A DNA stretch of 64,000 bases from Takakia lepidozioides (lineage: Eukaryota; Plantae; Bryophyta), in the NCBI GenBank assembly GCA_030704615.1, contig CM060732.1, positions 29,450,001 to 29,514,000 on the forward strand. The letters run 5' to 3'. The position numbers and the translations under genes were made by a program. Position 1 is the stretch's first letter. Every line of letters begins with the position of its first letter. Below, piece after piece: positions 48,664-60,722 of this stretch. Under the pieces are notes generated by a model, which had not been told where the DNA came from, searched no databases, and saw nothing but the letters and a program-made list of their open reading frames with translations.

Positions 48664-49119
48664 GTTTGGCGAGACTAAAATTTGTTCCTTAGTTGGTTAA
48701 GATGGAAGACACATTGGCGGAAATGGTCGCCACATTGCAAAGTCTTCAGCTCCAGATGCAAGAACTTCGTACCTCTACCGTCCAATTACAAGCTGATCAG
48801 TCTCAAGATCTTGGCAACGCTCTCCACAATTTACAACAATAGTTAAAAGAGTCGAACAATGGATCTTTAGCCATACGAGTCCCTACTGCAACAGCTCCTA
48901 CTGCAACGGTTCCTCTTCAACAGATTACGAGAGAACCAAAGATCAGCATGCCCGAGAATTTGATGGGACGAGATCAAGATTTCGTGGTTTTGTTCAACAA
49001 GTACGACTATATCCACAACGCTACCTCGATGAAGGTATTCAAGTGGGATTCGTGGGCACTCTTCTATCAGGCACTGCCCTATCTTGGTTTGCACCGCTAT
49101 TAGAAAAAACTTCGCATTT
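48664..49119 (+). mobile_element. Self-priming PBS and truncated gag of a Tcn1-like element
   Basis: PBS TTGGCGAGACT (48666-48676). Decayed gag REPKISMPE.FDGTRSRFRGFVQQ...VGFVGTLLSGTALSWFAPLLE. Interrupted by the LTR at 49120. Confidence 0.75.
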
Positions 49120-50003
49120 TGATAACGGCTATGCTACGAGGGACAGACAACGAGGGTCACAATGAGACATACCGGGTAGTGATGGACGTACACTACCTGG
49201 CCACAGGCAGAGACGGCTAAGTACGCGGTACTTAGCAAATGGCGGGACAAAGGTACATTACCACGGGAGCAGTAGTGGGTAGTGTAGTAACCGTGGGTCG
49301 TGAACCACGATATCACACGGCCACATTAGCATCGGCTTTAACCAATAAATGGAGTAGTGGGCCATTTACCACTATGGCTCAGGACCACTGCAACGAGCCA
49401 CTTTTTTAGCAAACCTTTTAGGTTGCGTAGGCAGTTAGGCAAACGGTCATTAAACGGCCGCAGACTATAACGGCTCTTTTGAGCATAGTATAAAAAGGTT
49501 GCACGCAATTTAGAGGGAGAGCAATATGAGTATCAGTGATCAGTGTGTATTCAGGGACTCAAAGTGATTCAGTGTGTACTTCTGTGATGATGTGACGACC
49601 TCTGAAGTAAAGCCATGCTATTCGAAGTATCTCTGTGTAGAGTGAATGTGAGATGGAGAGAATGTACATTATGAGAGACCGCAAGATGGTGAGAATGTGT
49701 ATCATCTCAGTATAATTCTTGTTTTGCCTTGATTATCAATTGTTTGTATGAATGAACCGACTTCAGTCTTTTCGATTAAGATCTTTCAGGCCAAAAAGAC
49801 TGTAAGTTGGGCTTAATCAATAGGATTAAGCAGCCTCCAGGGAAATGAATTCATACGATGTTCATGGTTTAGCTATCCTTAAAACGATTACTTCGTAATC
49901 GTTTATGAAAGCATACCGTTGGACAACCTCTGTTGCATGCCTTAGGAAATGGGCAGTAGTGCTGTTAGCTTGTTTTGCCTAAGTCATAAACCAGCGGTTA
50001 ACA
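49120..50003 (+). repeat. 5' LTR of a non-chromovirus Ty3/gypsy element
   Basis: TGATAAC...GTTAACA, followed by PBS TGGCGACCATACTGGGGA (50006-50023, tRNA-Arg-like). Confidence 0.85.
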
Positions 50004-51065
50004 TTTGGCGACCATACTGGGGACTAACGGTATGTTGAGTTCAAGTGTGCTCAAGGAAGGATGGTTACTCAGTGATTTCTTGAAATCACAAAAGAACGAG
50101 TCGACGGAAGCAAAGGAATGGAAAACATTCCTGGAAAAATTTCATGGCTTACCAATAACAATACAACAGAAGATCTTTCTTTCAATTGCGAAAGAAGATG
50201 ACAAATGGGGATTGAAGGAAGGGGTGATCAGTATTACACGAGCACCTTGGGAATGTAGAATCAGAAGTGAAGAATGATTGTCTCGTCTAGCTTTATTGAT
50301 TACTCTAATTCCAATCAGAAAAGTTTGCTACACTAGTTATATTTTCAAAGAAGGATGTTCAAATTATGAATATTGTCACATGATCATAGAAGGAGTGGAG
50401 TACTGGATACCCAAAGACTTGTTGCAAGTCAGATACACTGAGAAAGACAGATGGTATTATTGTGCCCATTAAAAGTTTGGTGATCAATCAGTAAAAAGGA
50501 AAATTAAGTCGTAATACGGATTCTGGCAAGATAGGGTAAATCTTGGAGAAAGGCTAGAGACCACTATAAAAAAAATTTACTAACATACCAAGACTGATTA
50601 AAGGGTGCCGAAAAGGAATTCTGCATATGATGTGGGAATGAATGAAGAAATTAAAGAATAAGCTAAGCAAGACAGATCTGAACAAATAGAGAAATATGCT
50701 GCAGAAAGGGAGGCTCGGTTAAGAGAAGAGTTCCCAGAATTACAGAACTTGAATATTATTCAAGGTGAGACATCAAGACAAATTGACAGTGATAAACCAG
50801 AAGATCAGGAAATCGGATCAGTGGGAAGTGGGAACACTACACCAGAAGAAGTTGCTAGTAATGCACTTGGTGAATGGTTACCACAAGAAAGATTTGAAGG
50901 ACCTTCTACAGTAACAAGTCCAAATCGAGGCTTTGCTGAAATATTAGAAGAAAGATTTGAGAACATTTTGAGTGGAGAAGGTGAAAGAAGTGAAACCACT
51001 TCTCCGAACCATCCCAGTTTGGACAACCAATTGCACCAGTAGCACTAGTTGCACCAGCTGTACTA

Positions 51066-52580
51066 ATGGCTTTAGCAGCGAGCAAAACCAGACCGCCGTT
51101 CCTTTTATATGATGGGAAATCTGATCCAGATATCCATCTTAATCAATTTGAGAACATGTGCACCATTTACAATGAAGCAACAGACCAGGAAAAGATCCGA
51201 TTATTTCCTTGTTCAATGGCCAGGAAAGGCATTGAATGGTTGACAACCTTTCCAGCAAATCACTTTGCAAATTGGGCGGATATGAGAGCCGCATTTCAAG
51301 AAGGATATAGATCCAACAAATCCATGTCTGAAATCTTCACAGGATTACAGAACCTGAGACAGAAAAAGAAAGAACTGGTAGTCGACTACCTAGAGAGAAT
51401 GAAGACTCTGATCAGGAAGCTACCTCAAGCACCAGGGGATGATTTGCAAAAATCATGGTTCATCAACGGACTTCGTCCTGAATATGTAACCATGGTTACA
51501 GTCATGCCTAACAACACTTTGGCTGAAGCAGTAGGAACTGCAAATAAATTGGAATTGGGATTCCATCAGAGCAGAAGCAAAGATTCCAAGGATCCCTTGG
51601 AAGAAGAGGACTCTGATGATGAAGAAAAACCCAAGCAAAAGAAGAAAGAAGTGATTGACAAAACCACTTAGGATCAGAAGATAGCAGAAGCTATCAAGAA
51701 TTTTAAAGATGAAGGGCCACGGAAGGCAACATGGTGTCACAAATGCGGGACTGCAGGACACTTGGCAACGGAATGCCACATGAAAGACAAATACTGTGAT
51801 ATTTGTCATATGAACAATCATAATACCAGCCATTGTATTTACAACCAACGGGCCAAGAAGAGTGGGTACACACGAGAGGTGGGGGTACACCAAGTCCAAA
51901 TCTGACGAGGAGGATCGGACGGACCAAGACTATACAATATGGGTAATCGTTATCAGAGGCCACAAAATGACTATCCACCACGGGATAGGGAACATCAACC
52001 CAGAAACAAAGAAATCACGAGATGCCACTATTGCAAGAAAGAGGGGCACTGGAAACATGAATGCCAGTTGCGAATCAAGCATGAGGCAGAAGTGGGAAAT
52101 ATGGAAGCCGGACCGAGTGTAGCCGTGAGTGTGGTACCCCTGTAGTGGATACCCTTGCGGTAACCCGAACTCAGGCCAAGAAACAGAAACCTCCAGATAA
52201 GGAGATTGAAGAAGAACGGAAACAATATCCAGAAAGTGCAGCATGGCAGGAAGAAAAGAGCTTACACCAGGAGGTAAGTAAAGCCATAGCTCGAATGCAA
52301 GAGGGAACTCATATACCTTCTGGAGAGCCAACTTCAGATAATCAAATCAGACCAACGGTGAAGACCACGAATGCAACCACTGAAACAGAATTGGCTGAAG
52401 TAATCTGCCAGACCAAGAACCAAATTACCATTGGACAATTATTAAAAATTGCTCCACACTACAAGAAAACTTTATCTCGGGCAATCGAGACATTGACCCC
52501 CACACCAAAACAAAAACCAACACCAGAGGTTTACACGATTAAACCCACAACTATACGACAAACTCCAGACTACGACGAAG
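51066..52580 (+). pseudogene. gag with three Zn knuckles, in-frame stops, interrupted by MULE copy D
   Basis: Retrotrans_gag-like region with CHKCGTAGHLATEC, CDICHMNNHNTSHC, CHYCKKEGHWKHEC. Confidence 0.8.
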
Positions 52581-53025
52581 GGGGGCTGCTATTTCATGAG
52601 CCATGAGCCATGAGCAGAGTCGTAAGTGTCGAAAAAAACATGAGCAGGACTATTTTCCGGAAATGAGTGTCCGCGGGAATAGGGTTTAGGGTGTCACGGT
52701 CATAGGGGGAGAAGGACCTCCCGATGAAGGAGGTTCGGCAATGTTTTTTAGAATTACATATTGAAAGGCAATGTTTCGCGAATGGTAGGGTGGTACTGAT
52801 CTGTACAATGGGGGGCCATTTCAGCCTACCAGCCACTTGCAAAATCCACCCACACTCCCAATCCCAAACGAAATGAGGAATGACGCATTTTGGGAACGAT
52901 GGATACATAATAGAACAAAAAGAGGGCACAATGGGGTTTTTATTGATCCACATAAATTGCATTTGAAGCACGTCTACTGCTGATTGTGCAAACAATTCTT
53001 TAGCCCTGTGCCTTCTGAATACAAG

Positions 53026-53721
53026 TCACGTTGTCAATGGGACTTCAACTGCTCTGAGAACTAGCTCATGAGTCTTCGGGCTCCTCCACGTTGTACCGCC
53101 CCTGTTTATGTTCACCACAATGTCCTGCCCTTCAATCATACCACCATCGAATATGGAAAGCTTCACGTTTTCGCCGTCCACACCAATGCGAATGTCCCCA
53201 TACAATGGAGAAGATGAGCACACTCCTTCAGGAGTATAAGTCTCTTCGATGGAGTCCACCCACGTCCACTGGCAGCAGTTCCACCGCAACAGCATAGCAG
53301 TGCGCATTCTTCTGCATGGGTGCCCGTCGTAGCTGGGAAAATCGGAATCAAGGATGCGCAGGAGCCACGGACTCCTCAGACCAAGATCGTCACCCCGCTC
53401 GAAGGCGTACTGGCCAGGGAGATACTCAAAAGCGGATAATGTTTCCACATTCGAACCAGTATCTTCTGTGTAATCTGTGTACCAGATAATGATGTCTCCC
53501 GATGTGGCCGAATACATTGCATAATCGATGCCTCCATAAGGGCAGTCGTCCCGATTCCGGAAGCACGACATCCTTGCAAAGGAGGACCTGAGGACGTCTT
53601 TGATGCCGATGACAATCACCTTGCGGACAGCAACGAAGCCCTTAGATTTTCGAAATGATGAGAAGCGGAAGAGCAGTGCGGGCTCCAATAATGGACCATC
53701 TGGGTCACAAGTACCCACCAA
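53026..53721 (-). CDS. Unknown protein, paralog 1 (true start uncertain; Met at 53571)
   Basis: Open frame sharing DCPY.G.DYAM....SGDII.W, PW.L.I.D.D.P, RWNCCQWT, DGGMI...DIVV and ELVLRA..VP with 54098-54706. Confidence 0.7.
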   Translation of the reverse strand: MVGTCDPDGPLLEPALLFRFSSFRKSKGFVAVRKVIVIGIKDVLRSSFARMSCFRNRDDCPYGGIDYAMYSATSGDIIIWYTDYTEDTGSNVETLSAFEYLPGQYAFERGDDLGLRSPWLLRILDSDFPSYDGHPCRRMRTAMLLRWNCCQWTWVDSIEETYTPEGVCSSSPLYGDIRIGVDGENVKLSIFDGGMIEGQDIVVNINRGGTTWRSPKTHELVLRAVEVPLTT

Positions 53722-54097
53722 TCATCGTGTAACGTGTTCAACAAGCCAGCGGTGGATGAACCGATACCTCTTTCTCATCCACGGGGTATAGTTTGAAATC
53801 TGCCACCGAAGTCCATCCCCCGGATGGAAATTCGGCGCCGCATTTACATCGAAGGGGGGATGGACTTCGTCGTCTCGAGTGGCTATAGGCCCACCTGGCA
53901 CTTACTGCCCATAGTTTGCATGGCAGGGAAGGAAACTGAAACGGCTCCATCCATGGATGAGCCAATCTTCATCCATGCAGGTTCCTGTCGGGGGGAAATT
54001 TAAATGTGCCCTGGAGTGTTTGTGAGGAATTGTAGTGTTTGCTTGAATTTCTTCCAGCCACCGCGCTGCTACCTCCTCCATCCGGGAGCTGCTGTCA

Positions 54098-54706
54098 TTG
54101 AGCATACTGCGCTACTCTTTTTCAGGGATGCCGTGCCGCCGTAATCCTGCTGACTGCCCTTATCATGGCCACGATTATGCTATGTTCAAACCAGAATCAG
54201 GAGACATCATTGTCTGGCTTTCACTTTTCACAGACGCATCTGGAATCAAGCGGGAGTCTTTGCGCGCAATGGAGTATTTGGAGGGCTATTACCGCTTTGA
54301 GCGAGGTGAGGGCGAGGGTCAATGCGGTCCGTGGGTCCTGAAAATTGTTGACCTCGATATACCAAGGTGGAATGGGATGCCGGACAGATCACGCACGGCC
54401 TCACTTTGGCGCTGGAACTGCTGCCAGTGGACCAGGGAGGACGGCACCGGGGAAAACTATATTCGTGGAGTTCACTCCGCTTTTCCAGTGTATACAGACA
54501 TTCGGCTGAGTTGCGAAGACGAATCGCACGGGCACAGGAGGCCCACAGTGACCTGGTCGATGTATGATGGTGGTATGATTGATGAGCATGACATTGTCGT
54601 CAGCTCCACCAAGGGCACCAGATCGACCGCATTGCAGTTTACCTCGAGATGCCGCATCAGTAATGAGCTTGTTTTGAGGGCTATCAAAGTTCCGTCGACT
54701 TGGTGA
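54098..54706 (+). CDS. Unknown protein, paralog 2 (true start uncertain)
   Basis: Open frame with clear protein-level similarity to paralog 1 despite diverged DNA. Confidence 0.7.
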   Translation: MSILRYSFSGMPCRRNPADCPYHGHDYAMFKPESGDIIVWLSLFTDASGIKRESLRAMEYLEGYYRFERGEGEGQCGPWVLKIVDLDIPRWNGMPDRSRTASLWRWNCCQWTREDGTGENYIRGVHSAFPVYTDIRLSCEDESHGHRRPTVTWSMYDGGMIDEHDIVVSSTKGTRSTALQFTSRCRISNELVLRAIKVPSTW

Positions 54707-54979
54707 CACCCATGTAGAAGGAGGAAGGGCTTAGTTTTGTCTGGAGTTGCTAAATGTGAGACACTGTGTTCGATCAATAAAACAACCCATCGTACCTCAC
54801 TTCTGTGTGCTTGTGTTTCATCGTGTTCAAGAACTGCCGTAATTGGCCCATTGTTTACAATTTGAGGTCTCATTTCTACAATGTGTCTGTCCATATGAAT
54901 ATACCAAAGTCAGCGATATCACAGTCCTGAGGTGAAGAAAATCCATGTATGAGTTGTAGGAAACATATACATGCCGAAG

Positions 54980-56060
54980 CTCGGAAATTCGGCACCGCTT
55001 TCCTTTTCTCCATAAAGCGATTTCTGGCAGCTCCCTTTCCTCCGTTGTCGTCGTAACGGAAATGTTGTACAACATTTCATTTCCTGACATGGCATTACCA
55101 TACTTTGAATTTGAAATGCGGCGCCGCATTTCCATATATTCGACCTTGAACTATCCAAGCATGTCTAGTCGCTAATGCTTGTCCATGTCCATACTTGAAA
55201 TGCGGCACCGCATTTCCATGTCCGTCATCGAAATTTCGTACCGGACAATGAAATGCGGCACAGCATTTCCGGAGAGCACAATGGAATGCGGTGCCGCATT
55301 CCCGTCGAAGGGTCTGGAATTGGACAAACAACGATGGAAGTTCTGGAAATGCGGCACCGCATTTCCATGTTCGTCATCAAAATATCGTATTGGACATTGG
55401 AATGCGGTGCCGCATTTCCGTCCATCAAGACGGAATGCCCACACGAGTGTGGAATTGGACAAACAACGATGGCTGTTTTGGAAATGCGGCGCTGCATTTC
55501 CCATGTTGGGCAATTGAAAGTTTTTATAGGACAATGTAAGTTTTTATAGGACGATGGAATGCGGTGCCGCATTTCCATCAAAGGGTCTGGAATTGGGCAA
55601 ACAACGATGTCCTGAAATTTCTTATTGGACAATGGAATGCGGTGCCGCATTCCCGTCTAGCATCATGGAATGGGGAGCCCAAGAACGTCGATGGGTCTGC
55701 AGTTGGAAAAATGTCCATCTCCAAAAGGTAAATGCGGCACTGCATTTCCATGTTCGACCTCCGCATTTCGATTTACATCCATGGAAGGAGCTGGCAATCG
55801 GCAAAACTGCCGTGTCGGAAACGGACATGCGGCACCGCATTTCCGTTTGTCCGAACAGTTTCTGACTTGGTTTGCATGACTTACAGTCATAGAAGTCATA
55901 TGTACCGTTTATGACTGCAGAATAATCATATATGAACCATGAAACAGAAATTTGTTCTTGCACCGGTTTTGGAAATGCGGTGCCGCATTTCCAAAGGAGG
56001 TTTTTGCAGTTGCCACATTTCCGTTCAGACATTGAAATGCGGTGCCGCATTTCAGATTTT
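54980..56060. repeat. Downstream palindrome cluster (copy D)
   Basis: More than 15 palindrome copies. Confidence 0.9.
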
Positions 56061-56190
56061 GGGAGGGACCAGGTTTGGACGATGTTGTTGTTTAGAAGCA
56101 CATGGGAGAGGGGACATGAAGGACGGGGAGAATTCCCTTTATATACTCTGGAATTGAATTTAAATGTACAGAGAGTTCATTAAAATTGTA

Positions 56191-59100
56191 TTAATCTTGA
56201 AAATCATCACTACTGTCGTCCTGTCCTTGACTGTCATGCTCCGCCTCCACCCCGTCATTGCCTTTCTTATCTCCAGCGGACTGGTCGTTGGTCAGGCTTT
56301 CGAAAATCCCATCTTCACCTTGTGGAACCGACCATCTCACCTCCGTTGGCTCGTCGTGCTCCCTGTCTGCATCGCTCTCATCCGCTGAATCACATATGAA
56401 CTTTCGCACCCGTCTACCTGCCTCAGCTGTTGCCAACTCTTTCCTTATCCTTCTGTCCTCCCTAGCCCTCTCCAAAATCTGCTCTATTTACTGGGATTCT
56501 CACATCGTCTAATCGCTGTATTTGCGAGTTTAGCTGCATAACTAGGAAGGGAGTAGTCCTTCACCGGGCTCGTCATGAAGTCGGCCCTCGCAAAGAACGG
56601 GACATTCTTTCTGGCAGGAAGTGTAGGCCTTACATGTTTCGACCCGGATCCTCCAATCCTGCATATAACAATCACCAACGAGACCAATGATAACCACAGT
56701 CCGGATATGCGTTTGACAAAAAATCACACAGAAGGCTTTGCAAACTTACAATGTTTGCACTCACTCTTATTCCGGGTTCTCCTCGGCATCAATGTCCATT
56801 GTCTCTTCCTCCGACTCCGACGAATCCGAGGAGTCTTTGACTTTGATGGGAGCCTTCACATTCCGTTGCAGCCCTTCCAGATGGGATCCCCAGACGCCTG
56901 TGTCCTCCTCGTAGGCAAAGAGGTGCCGGTCGGAAAACCGCCCAGCCCACATTGAGGCACCTGTTACAATGCCATCCACACATTATGACATGGCCCTTCA
57001 GATGTTGCAAATGAAAGCATAACGAGAGTTTGCAGAAAAGCATACAACAAGATTCTGCATACCTGTCCCACAGATGAGGTCGAGCACTGTGCCCTCCACG
57101 TCAGTGCATGTCTCCATAATTGTCTGAATGAAGGCAGGGCTCCGAGTGCGTGAATACCGCAGGGGTTCAGTTGAAGTGAGGCTATGAGGGAGAAGTTCCG
57201 TGGGAACGTTGTTGAACAGGATGTCGTAATCGATGGGGTCGCAGTTCGGGTCAACCAACAATCCCTCCTTCCGGAAAGCAAAGGTGGAGTTCTCCTTCAC
57301 AAAGCAGTATGCATCGAACTGCTTTGTCTGCATACACAGTGGGGGACGATTAGAAATCGAATGCGGCACCGCATTTCAAGACTCCTAAGAAAATGAAAGG
57401 ACAAGTGCCAAGGTCGTAATTACCTTCTTCCCTACCGACCAAAGGCCCAATGTGTTGATGCACGTCCACTTCTTCTTCAGAATTGGGACGACGCTCTTGC
57501 GGGTCCACTTCGCAATTCCTGTTTGCGTGTTTTTGCCTCTGCTCGCCAGGACAACCCTCTGTCGTCCAACACCATGCGGGCGAGCCCGAATCCTTTCTTC
57601 CAAAAGTCCTCGGAGTACATGTTCCAAGATGGCAAAGCTTATAGTCCTTCCACAGGCTCTCCGTCTCGAATATCCAAGATGATCATATCGCAAGACCAAT
57701 CAGTGGCATTTCCGCCCCTCCTGCAATCCTTGTATGCACACACCCTCTCAAAGAACGAGACCATCTTCAGAAACCCGGGGGTGTTCTTCAGTGCTCTGCC
57801 CTTCAGACCCTCCATGGTCTTCATGTATGCCAACTTGGCTGCCCGTCCATCCAAAGCCGCCAAGAAACTCTCATTCACACACTGGACTACTGTATCGGGA
57901 TCCACTTTCGGCCTCTTCAATTCCACCGGCTCGAAAGGGTGCCCCCCCGGGGGGTTGAAGAGTGTCTTCTTTGCCGAGCCAGTTCTTGTCCCTCTCGTGA
58001 CAACGGTGGGCACAGGGGATTTTGGCTCCGTCTCGGGGGGTGGGCTGGTTGCAAAGTCTCCATCGGAGTCCTCTTCCTCACCCTCTACCTGCACTATCTG
58101 TTTCTGCTTCTTCGTTTTCTTGGGTGTCACAACTGCTGCTCCTTGCAGGCGAGTCCGCTTCTTAAACCCCTTCTGTTGAGCCTGCACAGTTGCATCCACC
58201 GTCTTCTGTGCCATTTCAGCTGCCTTTCTAGATTGTTCCAGAGCAGCAGCTTCCTTTGCCGACTCTGGCCGAGCAGGGACACGTCTTTCCTTTCTCTTCT
58301 CTTCTGCTTTCGCGTGCAGATCTTTCTCAGACTCGTCAACAATTCCGCCAGACATGTCCAGGTACCACGGGCATCCAACCAGATGCGCGGCATGCCATTG
58401 TTTCTGCATCTCGGGTGTGTAGACACAGCTTGGGCCCGCCACGGTCCAAGCCATCAAGAACGGGGGCTCTTGAGCCAGGGCCCCTGTCTGAAGAAGCACG
58501 TATTTCATATACCTGCAGGGCAGTCAGCATGCGTGAGCAAAAGTTGAGACCAACGTACTCGCAGAGTGCAACCGAAAACATAAAATGCGAATGCGGTGCC
58601 GCATTTCCCATACAAACCTCATTACCAGGCTTTGCATACAAGGACAGCTGGGCTTCACCTGTAAACAATTCGCATTGCAGCTTTTCCCGCTCCCTCCTGA
58701 TGTGTAAACTCCACGCTCCTTCTTGCTGTCTGCAGCTCCCTGGCGAAGAGGTTGTCTTTGTAAGCACATCTGAAACGTGTCACGTAGTCTTCCAATGTCT
58801 GTGTTCCATCCCATTTGACGTACAAGCCGAACGAATTTGTATGCATAACGACTTGCTCCTTCACATTCGTCATTACCTGCGATTCCCACATACATTGTCA
58901 CGTAGCAGTTCAGGGAATTCATTTCAGAAAAGCAAATCTGGGGAAGTACCTTGAATTACCTGGAACCACCAAGTCATGCGGTTGAGCCACACATCCACTG
59001 CAGGGTCAGAAACTTCGAGTGGAAAAGACCACATTGTCCTTATACTCTCCGATGCATTCCAGATCGACAGCCACCGTGTCTGCCATTTCCGATCCAATGT

Positions 59101-60722
59101 CAGGAGCAGGAAGAAGAGTGGCTATTGCTAGGAAGGAACTTCAGTGAATTGAAACATCACCTTCTCTTTCGCTTCAACACATGCCGTTGAGAGGTGATGC
59201 AGTTTCTCCAACTGCATGGTCGGCTGCATGGCCCAAGAATAGTGTTTTGCAATCTCGGGGATGAAGTCCTTTCCAAGTGCCGGATCTGCAATGGCCACCA
59301 GCTTCACAAGCTTTGACTTGTATTTCGTTCTGGACTTGACCCCGGCTTCCTTCAAGTGCTCAGTCAATGACTGCAACGTTTTGACCTGCCCCTCACTTTC
59401 CATGAAGAAGCGTTTGGCATGGGCCAAATCCAGCTTGATGTTTGACTGCCAACAAAAACATGCAGAAGCGTTACATTCGATTCATGTGGAAAGATTACCG
59501 GAAATTGAGGAAGGATGAGCAGAGGGAAATGGGAGGACGACTTACTTCGTATATCACCTCCACCATTCCATCCATAGTGAGACGATACCATGCCCGGTCA
59601 GTTTTTGCCACGGCTTTCTGAATGAGCTCGGGCTCCAACATTTCCGCGAACATGTGCGGATCAGTGAGACCAGTTTTCCTCACCCTGTACAGCATATGTG
59701 CCATGTGGGTATGGACGTACGCATTTTCAGTGACCCTGCAAGGCACACTCTTCAGTTCAGTCCACGAAAGCACGGAAACAAAACAGATTGGAAACCGAAA
59801 TGCGGCACCGCATTTCGAACGTGCTTGGGAGGGTATGAGTATCTTACGAGTTGAGGTCCGCCATGGCATTCTTGAGTAGGGAGGAGTCTGCCGCCTTCAC
59901 CTTGAGGATGACACACTCCACCATATAATGCCAGCCAATGTGCTTGGCATGGTTCTGCTTGATGTACTCCCACTAGGCGAAAAGTCGGTGATTCCCGTCC
60001 CACACAAAGAACATTTTACCCGACATATGGCCGAAGTCGGGATCACCCTTCAGTGTTGCCTCGAATTCGTCGTTGCGAGTGTGCCAGTGGGTATCCCATG
60101 TTGACAATTCCTCCGCAGTGGGTCCACGAGATTCGCCGTCCTCATTCTCAAGGGAAACGTAGAAGGCTGGCGAACCTAGACGGTACCCTTCTCGAAATGC
60201 AAACTTGAGCTTATCCACATCTCCGGGAAGTGCCTGCCTGACGATGGGAAGGGAGACCATGCGACAGAGTGGGATTCGAAGAGTCCGCTGGAATACCCTG
60301 CTGCCCAGAACTCTGCCAATGCTACTATGTGTCTCCTCCAACATTGTATCCGCTGCACTTTGGAATTCCTCTGGAGACATTTCTGCTGGTGGCGGTAGGG
60401 GCTGAGCAGCTTGAGCATCCCCAACTGGAGCTGCACTCTGGGGAATCTTTGCGGACAATTCTGCAATTGCAGAGGCCTCCTCCGGGCCTTCAGTGGTCAG
60501 GTCTTCCTCAACTGTGGTCAGGTCTTGCTGAGAACGTTGAGAGGCAGCACCCTCCTCCGGTACCAGATCTCCGGTTGATCCCATTGGCTTCGCTGCAGCA
60601 GGTTGGAAATCAAGCAGGAACTGGGCTTCAGCTTGTGGAATCGGTTTTGCAGGAGACTCCTCCGCCCTCCCCCTGATTGCCTTGTGCTTTCTCATTCTTG
60701 CAGGTGAAGGTGTCTGCTGCAA
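56191..60722 (-). pseudogene. ParB-MTase gene copy D (5' exons displaced, premature stop after DGNHR)
   Basis: Exon ORFs 59128-59427, 58655-58891, 57639-58508, 56998-57369 (VLDLICGTG), 56767-56979 (GASMWAGRFSDRHLFAYEED), 56191-56687. TGG>TAG stop at 59973-59975. Confidence 0.75.

Noticed and set aside
8008-50003. The LTRs at 8008-8856 and 49120-50003 as two ends of one element
   Set aside because: They are in opposite orientation, and each has its own internal sequence to the right, so they are separate insertions.
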